NCBI GenBank assembly: GCA_963813815.1
Contig: CAWFAD010000011.1
Location: forward strand, 64,001 to 128,000
Direction of reading: 5' to 3'
Length of the DNA: 64,000 bases
Source: an uncultured bacterium
GTDB taxonomy: Bacteria; Krumholzibacteriota; Krumholzibacteriia; Krumholzibacteriales; Krumholzibacteriaceae
Part shown: positions 38,209 through 47,909 of the stretch, one piece after another
Numbering within the stretch: position 1 is the stretch's first letter
Layout of the letters: each line of letters opens with the position of its first letter
The notes under the pieces: generated by a model
What the model saw: the letters and a program-made list of their open reading frames with translations, nothing else
The model's database searches: none
What the model was told of the DNA's origin: nothing
Program-made: the position numbers and the translations under genes

Positions 38209-39205
38209 CGAGCTGCTCTTCATCGCGCCGAACTGGATCGGCGACGCGGTCATGGCGACGCCGCTCGTGCGCTCCCTCGCGGAGCGGTATCCCGAGGCGT
38301 CGGTGACGATCGCCGCGAGAAGGTACGTGGCCGCGATCTTCGAAGGGGGAGGGGCGCGCCGCCGGACGCTCTTGTTCCCCGGCGACGGAGCTCTCGCGCG
38401 CGCCGAGGCCGCGAGAAGCGCGCGCCCCGCCGGGGGTTTCGACGCGTGTCTCGTCGGGCCGCCCTCGTTCGCCGCCGCGCTCGTCGCCTTCGCCTCGGGA
38501 TCGCGGCGGCGGATCGGCTACGCGGGGCAGTGGCGCTCGCCGCTCCTCACCGAGGCGCTTCCGGAGGCCCTCTATCGCCGTGGGCACCTGTCGGGCGCCT
38601 ATGTGCGGCTTCTCGGGCGACTCGCGGGCGAAACGCCGGGGGAGCTTCCCCCGCCCGTCGTCGAGCCTCCGGCTCTCTGGCGCGAGACGGCGGCGCGGAT
38701 CTGCGGGGAGCGGGCGTATTGCGTTCTCGCGCCCGGGGCGACCTACGGATCGGCCAAGGCGTGGCCGCGCGCGCGGTACGCGGAGCTCGCGCGGAGGATC
38801 GCGGCGGAGCTCGGGCTATCCATATTCGTGGCGGGCGGTGGGGGAGAGCGCGGGGCGGCCGAGCTCCTCGCCTCGGAAGTCGGGGCGGGGGCGCGGAGTC
38901 TCGCCGGAGAGCTCTCGCTCGCGGATCTCATAGCCGTTCTGCGGGGAGCTTCGGTCGTCGTCGGGAACGACAGCGGCCCCGTGCACGTCGCGGCCGCGCT
39001 CGGGAGACCCACTGTGGCCATTTTCGGCCCGACGAGCGTCGAATGGACTGCCCCGAGGGGTCACGCCGTGCGGATCGTGCGGGCGGATATCTCGTGCGCT
39101 CCCTGCTTTCGCCGGGAATGTCCGCTCGGGACGGTCGAATGTCTCGAGCGCGTGAACGTGGACGACGTGCGGCGCGCCGCGATGGCGCTCGTGGAAGGAG
39201 AATAG
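38159..39205 (+). CDS. waaF: LPS heptosyltransferase II
   Basis: PNWIGDAVM, APGATYGSAKAWP, GNDSGPVHVAAALGRPTVAIFGPT, CAPCFRRECP. Confidence 0.88.
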   Translation: MKRGSTGSSTRCRREPSELLFIAPNWIGDAVMATPLVRSLAERYPEASVTIAARRYVAAIFEGGGARRRTLLFPGDGALARAEAARSARPAGGFDACLVGPPSFAAALVAFASGSRRRIGYAGQWRSPLLTEALPEALYRRGHLSGAYVRLLGRLAGETPGELPPPVVEPPALWRETAARICGERAYCVLAPGATYGSAKAWPRARYAELARRIAAELGLSIFVAGGGGERGAAELLASEVGAGARSLAGELSLADLIAVLRGASVVVGNDSGPVHVAAALGRPTVAIFGPTSVEWTAPRGHAVRIVRADISCAPCFRRECPLGTVECLERVNVDDVRRAAMALVEGE

Positions 39206-39206
39206 C

Positions 39207-40244
39207 GTGAAGGGCAAGCATCCGGCGTACGACGACCTGAGGCTCGCCGCGTGCGCCTGGCTCGGGAAGAGGGTGGCCGTCCTCGGGGACATGATCCTCG
39301 ACGAGTTCGTCTACGGACGGACCGGGCGCGTGTCGCGGGAGGCGCCGGTCGTGATCGTGCAGTACGACGGCTCCGAATGGATGCCGGGAGGGGCGGCGAA
39401 CGCGGCGCAGAACGTCGTCGCGCTCGGGGGCGACGCGATTCCCGTGAGCATCATCGGCGACGACGAGGCGGGAGGGCGGCTTCGGGACATTTTGGGCTCG
39501 CGCGGGATGACGCTCCGCGGCCTCGTCGCGGGCCGGGGGATCCCCACGACGACGAAGACCCGCGTCATGGCGGGCGACTACCACGCGCAGCGCCAGCAGG
39601 TCGTGCGCATCGACCGCGAGGGGAGCGCTCCGGCCGATCGCCGCCTCGAGGATCGACTTCTCGCGGCGTTCGCCGCGGCGATCGGCAAGGCCGACGCGGC
39701 GCTCTTGAGCGATTACCATCAGCATCTTTTTACCGATCGCGTCGCGGCCGAATCGATCCGTCTGTGCCGGGCGAAGGGGATTCCGGTCGTCGTGGATTCG
39801 CGGCGCAGGCTCCATCTCTTTCGCGGAGCGACCTCGGCCACCCCGAACGAGGTCGAGGCGGCGCGCGCGGCGCTCGTCGAGCCGGGGGACGAGGGCTCGC
39901 TCGAGCGGATCGGCCGGAAGCTTCTGCGGACGCTGCGCGCGAAATCCGTGCTCGTGACGCGTGGCAGGTTCGGAATGGCGCTCTTCGAGCCGGGGAGGCG
40001 CATCCGCTCGATCGACGTCGTCGGCAGCCGCGCCGCGACCGACGTCACGGGCGCGGGGGACACGGTCGCCGCGGCGACCGCTCTCACGCTGGCCGCGGGA
40101 TATGATATGACGATCGCGATGCATCTCGCCAATATCGCCGCGTCCATAGTCGTGATGAAACGGGGCACCGCCGTCGCGTCGACCTCCGAGGTGCTCGCGA
40201 CGATCGACGGCCTCGAACGCGGCGAAAGGAGCCCCGCGGAGTGA
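39207..40244 (+). CDS. hldA: Heptose-7-phosphate kinase (RfaE domain I, PfkB family)
   Basis: GDMILDEFVYG, RVSREAPV, PGGAAN, TKTR, SDY, TPN, DVTGAGDTV. Confidence 0.9.
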   Translation: MKGKHPAYDDLRLAACAWLGKRVAVLGDMILDEFVYGRTGRVSREAPVVIVQYDGSEWMPGGAANAAQNVVALGGDAIPVSIIGDDEAGGRLRDILGSRGMTLRGLVAGRGIPTTTKTRVMAGDYHAQRQQVVRIDREGSAPADRRLEDRLLAAFAAAIGKADAALLSDYHQHLFTDRVAAESIRLCRAKGIPVVVDSRRRLHLFRGATSATPNEVEAARAALVEPGDEGSLERIGRKLLRTLRAKSVLVTRGRFGMALFEPGRRIRSIDVVGSRAATDVTGAGDTVAAATALTLAAGYDMTIAMHLANIAASIVVMKRGTAVASTSEVLATIDGLERGERSPAE

Positions 40245-41221
40245 GGATCGGAGCGATTCTGCCGCACCTTCTCGTCTTCGGCGGCGTGCGCCGCTACCTC
40301 GAGCTCGGCAACGTGTTCGTCGCTCGCGGGCACGAATTCTCGATATACACGCCCGATGGGATCGCTCCTTCGTGGATCGCTTTTCGTGGCGAGGTGAGAC
40401 GGCTCGATGATCTGGCGGGGCGCGAGCACGACGTCCTCATGACGGGCTCGCCCGAGCTCGCCGGCCGTCTCGACGCGGGACGCTCCCGGCTACGCGTGTT
40501 CTATCTCCAGATCGAGGGTGTGGCGGACGAACATGAGATCGTGCGCTCGGGCTCCCACCGCGTCATGGTCGTCTCATCGGCCCTCGCCCGGCGGGTGCGG
40601 CGCCTCGGCGTGGAGCCCCTCGACGGCATCGGCGGCCTCAATCCGGATCTCTTTCATCCTCCGGCGCGGGAGCCGGGCGCTCCTTTTCGCGTGATCTGCT
40701 ACGGGAGGCTTTCAAAGCCGCGCAAGGGCGCGCGTTTCGTCATCGCCGCGGTTCGGCTGCTCCGGCGCCGGGGGCTCGACGTGGAGCTCGATCTTTTCGA
40801 CACGCCGAATCCCGGCGAAGCCGATCCGCGCCTCGGTTTCGATCCGGGCGTGCCGTACCGGTACTACGTCGATCTGCCTCAGGAGCGGATGGCGGCTATG
40901 TACGGCGCCGCCCACGCGTTCGCTTCGGCCGAGCGCCGCGCCGGCTGGAGCAACACGGCCGCCGAGGCGGCGGCCTGCGGCCTGCCGCTCGTGTGTACGA
41001 GAAGCGGCACGGAGGATTTCGCGCGCGACGGGGAAACGGCTCTCGTCTTGAAGGCGCGGCTCGCGCCGTTCATGGCGCGGGCGATCGAGCGGCTCTACCG
41101 GGAACCGGAGCTCCGGCGCCGGCTCGGGGAGGCGGCCCGGAAGCGCGTCCTCGAGTTCACCTGGGAGCGGCTTTGTGATAGGATGGAGCGGCAGTTCTCC
41201 GAGCTCGTCGCGCGGGCGTGA
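40241..41221 (+). CDS. GT4 glycosyltransferase
   Basis: FGGVR, KPRKG, AGWSNTAAEAAACGLP, FTW. Confidence 0.85.
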   Translation: MRIGAILPHLLVFGGVRRYLELGNVFVARGHEFSIYTPDGIAPSWIAFRGEVRRLDDLAGREHDVLMTGSPELAGRLDAGRSRLRVFYLQIEGVADEHEIVRSGSHRVMVVSSALARRVRRLGVEPLDGIGGLNPDLFHPPAREPGAPFRVICYGRLSKPRKGARFVIAAVRLLRRRGLDVELDLFDTPNPGEADPRLGFDPGVPYRYYVDLPQERMAAMYGAAHAFASAERRAGWSNTAAEAAACGLPLVCTRSGTEDFARDGETALVLKARLAPFMARAIERLYREPELRRRLGEAARKRVLEFTWERLCDRMERQFSELVARA

Positions 41222-41274
41222 GAGGCGCTCGGCGGCGCGGGAGTTGTTTCGGGCTCCGCTGGAAACGGACGGTC

Positions 41275-41769
41275 ATGAAGGATAATAAAATGTGGAGCGA
41301 CGCCGGCGCCCTCGCTCGCTCGATCGAGGGGCAGGGAGCCTCGGGACGCCCGGTCGTTCTCGCCAACGGATGCTTCGACATCCTTCATGTGGGGCACGTT
41401 CGCTACCTCGAGGCGGCCGCTTTTCTCGGCGGCACGCTCGTCGTCGCCCTGAACGACGACGAGTCGACTCGAGCGCTGAAGGGCCCCGGGAGGCCCGTCA
41501 TGCCGGCGGGGGAGCGTGCGGAGATGCTGCTCGCCCTACGCTGCGTCGATTACGTGCTCGTGTTCGGCGGGGCGACGGTCGACGGGGTCATCCGCGCGCT
41601 CAGGCCCGACTTTCACGCGAAGGGCACCGACTACACCGAGGAGAGCGTTCCCGAGCGCGAGACGGCCCGGGAGGTCGGCTGCCGCACGGTGATCGTCGGC
41701 GATCCGAAGGACCACTCGAGCCGCGCGATACTGCGGAGCATACGGGAGGCTGACGGGCGTGGATCTTGA
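41275..41769 (+). CDS. hldC: Heptose-1-phosphate adenylyltransferase (RfaE domain II)
   Basis: ANGCFDILHVGHVRYL, LNDDES, KGPGRP, KGTDY, KDHSS. Confidence 0.9.
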   Translation: MKDNKMWSDAGALARSIEGQGASGRPVVLANGCFDILHVGHVRYLEAAAFLGGTLVVALNDDESTRALKGPGRPVMPAGERAEMLLALRCVDYVLVFGGATVDGVIRALRPDFHAKGTDYTEESVPERETAREVGCRTVIVGDPKDHSSRAILRSIREADGRGS

Positions 41770-42799
41770 GACCGCGGCCCGCCGCGCCGGCATACCGCTC
41801 AGGATCCTCGTCACGAGGCTCCGGTATCTCGGCGACGTCGTTTTGTCGACCCCGGCCCTCGCGGCGCTCGCGAAGCGCTATCCTTCGGCCGAGGTGTATT
41901 TCCTCGGCGAGGAGCCCCACGTCTCCGTCCTCGGCGGCAACCCGAACCTCGCGGGGGTCATCGCGCTGCGAAAGGGGTTCGGCGGCACGCTCCGCGCCGC
42001 GGCGGCGCTGAGGAGACTTCGTTTCTCGGCGGCGGTCGATCTCTTCTACAACCCGCGAAGCGCGCTGCTGCTCTATCTCTCCGGTATTCCCGTCAGGATC
42101 GGTGGCTCGCGGCGGTTGCGGCGTAGGCTCTACACGCACGCGGCCGTTGCGCCCGCCGGCATGCGGAGCGCCGTCGCGCATCATCTCGCGGCCCTGCGCG
42201 CGATCGACGTCGAGGGAGAGGAAACGCTTCCGCGAGTCTATCTCTCGCGCGGCGAGATCGAGAGGGGGCGATCCCTGCTCGAGGGCGTCCTTGGTGGGAC
42301 GCGGGGGCGGATGAGGATCGCTTTCCATCCCGGAGGAACCTGGGCCGCGAAGCGCTGGCCTGGCGAGCGCTTCGCGGCGCTCGCCGAGGCGATCCGGGAG
42401 GAGCTCGGCGCCGAGGCGGTGGCCCTCGCGGGTCCGGGGGAGGAGGAGATCGTGAGCTCGATCGCGCGAGCCTCGCGCGGCGCGCTGACGCCGCTCCCTC
42501 CGATGCCGGTGCGGGAGGCGGCGTCCGTTCTCGCCGCCTGCGACGCGGTCGTGGCGAACGACGGCGGCGTCATGCACCTCGCCGTCGCTCTCGGCAGACC
42601 GACGGTCGCCGTGTTCGGACCGACGGAGCCCGACATATGGTTCCCGTACGAGGGAAAGGGGCCCTTCGCCGTCGTGACGCGGGCGATGCCGTGCTCCCCG
42701 TGCCACCTGCATGTCTGCGAGAGCGGCGAATGCCTGAAATCGATCGCGCCCGAGGATGTTCTCGCGCGTCTCGGCGAGGTGCTCGCATGGAAAGCCTGA
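41759..42799 (+). CDS. GT9 heptosyltransferase
   Basis: LRYLGDVVLSTP, HPGGTWAAKRWP, NDGGVMHLA, FGPT, CSPC. Confidence 0.9.
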   Translation: MDLETAARRAGIPLRILVTRLRYLGDVVLSTPALAALAKRYPSAEVYFLGEEPHVSVLGGNPNLAGVIALRKGFGGTLRAAAALRRLRFSAAVDLFYNPRSALLLYLSGIPVRIGGSRRLRRRLYTHAAVAPAGMRSAVAHHLAALRAIDVEGEETLPRVYLSRGEIERGRSLLEGVLGGTRGRMRIAFHPGGTWAAKRWPGERFAALAEAIREELGAEAVALAGPGEEEIVSSIARASRGALTPLPPMPVREAASVLAACDAVVANDGGVMHLAVALGRPTVAVFGPTEPDIWFPYEGKGPFAVVTRAMPCSPCHLHVCESGECLKSIAPEDVLARLGEVLAWKA

Positions 42800-43935
42800 A
42801 TCTTTCGGAGCTCGTCGCTGGGTCGAGCGGGCGGGGCGGACCGCCGTCGATCCTCGTCGTGAGGCTCAAGGCGCTCGGCGACATCGTGCTTTCGATCCCC
42901 GTCGTGCGGGCGCTCCGCGCGGGTTTTCCGGAGGCGCGGATCCGATACCTCTGCCGGGAGCGCTACGCTGACGCGCTCGCGGGCGTGACCGAGCTCGACG
43001 GGGTGCTGCGGCTGCCGGAAGGGGCGGCGGCGCAGCTGAGCTTGGCGCTCGGGCTGCGCCGGGATCGCACCGACTGCGTGATCGATCTTCTCGGGTCGCC
43101 GCGGTCCGCGGCTCTCGCGCGGCTCACCGGCGCCGCGATCAGGATCGGCATGGATACGGGACGCCGCAACTGGGCGTACCACTGGGTCCTTCCCCGCGCG
43201 ATCGAGCGGGAGGGAGCGCGGGCGAGGTGCTATACGCTCGATTCGAACGAGGAGCTCGTCCGGATGCTCGGTCTTCCTGCGGACGGGCGGAGGGGATGCG
43301 GAGTCGCCGGGTCGCGCGATGCGGGCCGGGCATGGGACGAGCGGTACGCGATCGGATTTCCAGCGGCGGAGAGCGAGCGCGGATGGGGCCGGGATCGCGC
43401 GGATGCGATTGCCGGCAAGGGAAGGCGGATCGTCGGGATCGCGCCGGGCGCTCTCTATCAAGCGAAATCGTGGCGCGAGGAATATTTCATCGAAGTCGCG
43501 CGGCGGGTGTGTGATACGATGAACGCCGCCGTTGTCGTCCTCTGGGGGCCGGGGGAGCGCCCGCTCGCGGAGCGGATCGCCGCCGGAGCGGCGGGATCGG
43601 CCGTCGCCCCCGAGACGGGAATCGCGCGTCTCGGGGGGCTCGTCGGGGCGCTCGATCTCCTCGTGGGGATCGATTCGGGCCCGAAGCATCTCGCCGTCAT
43701 CCAAGGGGTGCCGACGGTGACGCTGTTCGGGCCGACCGATCCGCGGGTCTGGGATCCGATGACGGGGCGCCATCGCGCGATCCATCTGGCCCCGGATTGC
43801 TTTCCCTGCCGGAAGCGGGAGTGCGTTCCGAACCGCTGTCTCGACGGCATCACGCCCGACGCCGTCATGACGGAGATCGCGCTGGCGATGCCGCCCTCAT
43901 CGGGTGCCCGGCGCGACGGATACACGGGAGTGTGA
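42787..43935 (+). CDS. GT9 heptosyltransferase
   Basis: LKALGDIVLSIP, PGALYQAKSW, DSGPKHLA, FGPT, CFPC. Confidence 0.9.
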   Translation: MESLNLSELVAGSSGRGGPPSILVVRLKALGDIVLSIPVVRALRAGFPEARIRYLCRERYADALAGVTELDGVLRLPEGAAAQLSLALGLRRDRTDCVIDLLGSPRSAALARLTGAAIRIGMDTGRRNWAYHWVLPRAIEREGARARCYTLDSNEELVRMLGLPADGRRGCGVAGSRDAGRAWDERYAIGFPAAESERGWGRDRADAIAGKGRRIVGIAPGALYQAKSWREEYFIEVARRVCDTMNAAVVVLWGPGERPLAERIAAGAAGSAVAPETGIARLGGLVGALDLLVGIDSGPKHLAVIQGVPTVTLFGPTDPRVWDPMTGRHRAIHLAPDCFPCRKRECVPNRCLDGITPDAVMTEIALAMPPSSGARRDGYTGV

Positions 43936-43939
43936 AGCG

Positions 43940-44710
43940 ATGGCCGGTCCCCTGACGAATCTATCGCTCGTCGTCATAACGCGCGACGAGGAGGACAACC
44001 TGCCCCGCTGCATCGGGAGCGTTCCGGGAGCGGGAGAGGTGATCGTCGTCGATTCCATGAGCGGCGATCGCACGGTCGAGACCGCGCGCGGACTCGGGGC
44101 GATCGTCTACGAGCGCCCCTTCGTTTCCGCCGCGGACCAAAAAAACTGGGCGATGGGAAAGGCGAGCCGCGATTGGATTCTCGTGCTCGACGCCGACGAG
44201 TCCGCGAGCCCCGGGCTCGCGCGGGCGATCGGCGAAATGATCGCCCATCCGCGCGCGGACGGATACTGGATCCTCCGCCGGAGCGAGTTTCTCGGACGGA
44301 CGATCCGCTTCTGCGGGTGGCGGAACGAACGCCTCCTGCGGCTCTTCCGGCGAGGCGCGGGGAGATATCCCGAGCGCGCGGTGCACGAGAGGCTCGGGCT
44401 CACGGGAACGGCGGCGGGTATCGCGGGGCTCATCGAGCACCGGCCCTATCGCGATCTCGCTGATTATCTCGATCGAATGAAGAGCTACAGCCGCCGCGGA
44501 GCTGAGGAGCTCCACCGGCGCGGAGCGCGCTGGTTCCCCGGCATTCTGCTCCGTCCACCCGCGCGGTTCATTCGCATGTACGCGCTCCAACTCGGGTTTC
44601 TCGACGGAGCGGCGGGCTTTCTCCTCTGCGCCCTCGCGGCGGCGGGCGTGTTGCTCAAGTACGCTTTTCTGCGCGAGATGACCCTTCGCGACGGCGGGGA
44701 GAAGGCATGA
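43940..44710 (+). CDS. GT2 glycosyltransferase (WaaE/KdtX-like)
   Basis: VDSMSGDRT, QKNWA, LDADE, VHE, GFLDG. Confidence 0.88.
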   Translation: MAGPLTNLSLVVITRDEEDNLPRCIGSVPGAGEVIVVDSMSGDRTVETARGLGAIVYERPFVSAADQKNWAMGKASRDWILVLDADESASPGLARAIGEMIAHPRADGYWILRRSEFLGRTIRFCGWRNERLLRLFRRGAGRYPERAVHERLGLTGTAAGIAGLIEHRPYRDLADYLDRMKSYSRRGAEELHRRGARWFPGILLRPPARFIRMYALQLGFLDGAAGFLLCALAAAGVLLKYAFLREMTLRDGGEKA

Positions 44711-45792
44711 ATCAGCCTCGGGGCGGCGTTCTGTTCTTCGGAGCGTACGATCCGAGCTACCCGCGCAACGCGATTCTCCGCGCGGGGCTCGCGCGGAGCG
44801 GCGTGCCGGTGGCGGAGTGCCGCGTCGACGAGCGGCTCAAGGTGCACGCCCGCTATCCCGCGTTGATCGCGCGCTTTCTGGGCGCGAGGGGGCGGGGCCG
44901 CGTCATCCTCGTGCCGGATTTCCGGCACAAGGACGTGCCGCTCGCTTGGGCGCTCGCGCGGTGCACGGGGAAGCGGCTCGTCTTCGACCCGCTCGTCTCG
45001 CGATACGAAACGCGCGTGCTCGACCGCGCGGACGCGGCCCTCGGTTCGGCCCAGGCGCGGCACAATTGGAACATCGACGCGATCTCGATGCGGCTGCCGG
45101 ATCTCCTGCTCGCCGACACCGCGGCGCACGCTGAGTTCTACTCGCGCGAGTTCTCGGTTCCGCGCGGAAAGATCAGCGTCGTTCCGGTCGGATTCGACGA
45201 CGGCCTGTTCCGCGAGGCGGCTCCGCCGCCGCGCCGGCCGGAGATCACCGTTCTTTTCTACGGATCGTTTCTTCCGTTGCACGGCGCTGATACGATCGTC
45301 GAGGCTGCGCACCTTCTGCGCGACGCGCCGGTCCGCTTCCTTTTCGTGGGAGCGGGGCAGACGCACGATGCTTTCGAACGGCGCGCGCGGGATTTGCCGC
45401 CGGGGAAGGCGGAACTCCGGCCGCCCGTCCCGGCGGGCGAGCTTCCGGGGATCATCGCCTCCGCCGACGTCGTTCTCGGCATATTCGGCGCGGGCCCCAA
45501 GGCGGGAATGGTCGTTCCGAACAAGGTGTTCCAATCGCTGGCGGTCGGGAGACCCGTCATAACGGGCGATACGCCGGCCATCCGCGAGATCTTTCGCGAC
45601 GGCGCGCACCTGCTGACGGTGCCGCCCGGGGACGCCGCTTCTCTCGCGGGCGCGATCGCGCGCCTCGCGGGCGACGCGGCGTTGCGGGAGTCGCTCGGCC
45701 GGGCGGGCGGCACATATGCGAGATCGACGTTCGGCACGGCACGGATCGGCGAGCGATGCGCCGCGTCGCTCCGCGAGGCGGGATTGCTGTGA
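44707..45792 (+). CDS. GT4 glycosyltransferase
   Basis: YPRN, FYGSFLPLHG, LGIFG, VPNKVFQSLA. Confidence 0.88.
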   Translation: MNQPRGGVLFFGAYDPSYPRNAILRAGLARSGVPVAECRVDERLKVHARYPALIARFLGARGRGRVILVPDFRHKDVPLAWALARCTGKRLVFDPLVSRYETRVLDRADAALGSAQARHNWNIDAISMRLPDLLLADTAAHAEFYSREFSVPRGKISVVPVGFDDGLFREAAPPPRRPEITVLFYGSFLPLHGADTIVEAAHLLRDAPVRFLFVGAGQTHDAFERRARDLPPGKAELRPPVPAGELPGIIASADVVLGIFGAGPKAGMVVPNKVFQSLAVGRPVITGDTPAIREIFRDGAHLLTVPPGDAASLAGAIARLAGDAALRESLGRAGGTYARSTFGTARIGERCAASLREAGLL

Positions 45793-46892
45793 GGGTGCTG
45801 CTCGGGAACAGCGAAGCCGGATTCCGGGGAGGGGAGCACCAGACGTTGGCGCTCGCGCGGGGCCTCGCCTCGCGCGGCTGCGAGGTCGCGATCGCCGCGA
45901 GGGGCGGCTCTGCGCTCGCGCACCGCGCCGCGGCGGAGAAGATCGACTGCCGGGAGCTCGCGTACGAGAAGCTTCCCGTATCGACGCCCGCCGCACTCGC
46001 CCGCTTTATCGCGTCGTGGCGTCCGGCGGTCTGCCATGCGCAGACCGCCGACGCGCACACCCATTTGTGGATAGCGTTGGCGCTCGCCCGGCGGCGAGCC
46101 GCGCTCGTGGTCTCGCGGCGGGTCGCGTTCGAAATCATTCGCACGCCCCTGTCCCTCATGAAGTACCGGTGGGGGGTCTCGCATTTCATTCCCATATCGC
46201 GGGCGGCGGCGGAGAGCCTCTCGCGCGCCGGCGTGCCCCCGGAAAAGATGACGATCGTCCCGAGCGGCATCGACGCGGCCCGCTTCGCGAGGGCCGGGGG
46301 CGCCGAGCTGCGCGGCCGGTGGGGGATCGGCGCGGACGAGCTCGTCGTCGGCGCCGTCTCGGCGTTCGAGGCGGAGAAGGGCCTCTCGATCCTCATCGAC
46401 GCGGCGGCGGCGACGGCGGAGAGCGGAAAGCGCGCGCGTTTCGTGCTCGTCGGAGAGGGGAGCCTCGAGAATCGCCTCGCCGGGCAGGCCGGACGCCTGG
46501 GGCTCGGGGAATCGGTGATCCTCATGCCGCAGGACCGGCCTCTCGAGGAGACGCTCGGCGCTTTCGACCTCTTCGTTCTTCCGTCGCTCGCCGAGGGGCT
46601 CTCGACGGCGTTGCTCGCGGCCATGGCGTCGGGGCTCGCGGTCGTCGCGAGCGACACGGGCGGGATTCCCGAGGCGGTCTCGCCCGATTGCGGCGTTCTC
46701 GTGCCGCCGGGGGATGCCGGCGCCCTCGCCGGAGCCCTGGGGCGACTCATTGAGGACCGGGGGCTGCGAAAGAAGATGGGGGAGGCGGGACGCTCGCGCG
46801 CGGCTCTTTTCGACATCTCCTACACGGTCGAGAGGACGCTCGAGATTTACGAAATGGTCTCGGGCGCGAAGGCGGAGCCGAAGAGTCGCTAA
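45789..46892 (+). CDS. GT4 glycosyltransferase
   Basis: RGGEHQ, EKG, PSLAEGLSTALLAAMA, GGIPE. Confidence 0.88.
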   Translation: MRVLLGNSEAGFRGGEHQTLALARGLASRGCEVAIAARGGSALAHRAAAEKIDCRELAYEKLPVSTPAALARFIASWRPAVCHAQTADAHTHLWIALALARRRAALVVSRRVAFEIIRTPLSLMKYRWGVSHFIPISRAAAESLSRAGVPPEKMTIVPSGIDAARFARAGGAELRGRWGIGADELVVGAVSAFEAEKGLSILIDAAAATAESGKRARFVLVGEGSLENRLAGQAGRLGLGESVILMPQDRPLEETLGAFDLFVLPSLAEGLSTALLAAMASGLAVVASDTGGIPEAVSPDCGVLVPPGDAGALAGALGRLIEDRGLRKKMGEAGRSRAALFDISYTVERTLEIYEMVSGAKAEPKSR

Positions 46893-47012
46893 ATTTGCTT
46901 CGGGGGCGGCTCGTGCACGGCAATTGCAAGGTATATTGAATTGGAGGACGGCTGGCGGAGGCGAATTTGCCTAGGCTATGATTATCGTAAATAACGAGAA
47001 TGGATTAATGAA

Positions 47013-47909
47013 ATGAATGAACGTTATGTATTAAGCGGAAAATATCTCTTGATCGCGGCACTGGCCTCATTATGTGTCCTCGTATCGGTTCAATCCGGCC
47101 TTGCCGGGGAGGCTGAGAGCGCGCCGCCGCAGGAGCAGGGGGGCTACTCGCTCGACCGCGAGCTCGAGGGGATGGAGATCGTCCACCGGTTCCCGGAGCT
47201 CGTCCCCTACGGCGAGGGAGAGCTTCTCACCTTCGCCATACAGTACGGCCTCATTTACGCCGGGGACGCGACGCTCGAGATCAGGAACATAGCCGAGTTC
47301 GACAGCACGCGAGCGTACCATATCATCTCGACCGCGAAAACGAACGGCGCCTTCGACCGCATTTTCAAGGTCCGCGATCGCCACGATTCCTTCATGGATT
47401 TCGACAACCTCTACAGCCTGAGCTTCGAAAAGCATCTTCGGGAGGGCAAATTCAAGCGGGACGTCAAGGTCGTGTTCGACCAGAAGGAGCACATCGCCGT
47501 CTATCCGGACAAGCGCGTTCCGATCCCTCCGAACACGCAGGATTTTCTGAGCGCCCTCTACTACGCGAGAACGTTGAATCTCGGCGTCGGACAGGCGATC
47601 GCCATGGCGAACCACACGGACGGAAAGAACTATCCGATCTTCATCAAGGTGATCCGCCGCGAGCGCGTCAAGGTGCCCGCCGGCGAGTTCGATTGTCTCG
47701 TCGTCGAGCCGGTCCTCCAGACCTCGGCCATCTTCGAAAACAAGGGCAAATTGACAATCTGGGTGACCGATGATACGGTCAAAATGCCGGTGCTGCTCCG
47801 CTCGAAGGTCGTCGTCGGCGCTTTCGAGGCGGTGCTCAAGGACTACCGGCTGAGCCGCGACGAACACCGTGTGATCGATCGAAAGGATTCGAACCCCGGT
47901 GGCGAGTGA
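47013..47909 (+). CDS. DUF3108-like exported protein
   Basis: Signal peptide, GELLTFAIQYG, FKVRD, QDFLSALYYAR, VPAGEF, IWVTDD...PV. AT-rich upstream region. Confidence 0.75.
   Translation: MNERYVLSGKYLLIAALASLCVLVSVQSGLAGEAESAPPQEQGGYSLDRELEGMEIVHRFPELVPYGEGELLTFAIQYGLIYAGDATLEIRNIAEFDSTRAYHIISTAKTNGAFDRIFKVRDRHDSFMDFDNLYSLSFEKHLREGKFKRDVKVVFDQKEHIAVYPDKRVPIPPNTQDFLSALYYARTLNLGVGQAIAMANHTDGKNYPIFIKVIRRERVKVPAGEFDCLVVEPVLQTSAIFENKGKLTIWVTDDTVKMPVLLRSKVVVGAFEAVLKDYRLSRDEHRVIDRKDSNPGGE

Noticed and set aside
46913..46929. Fourth sigma54 promoter
   Set aside because: It has TG rather than the invariant GG at -24.
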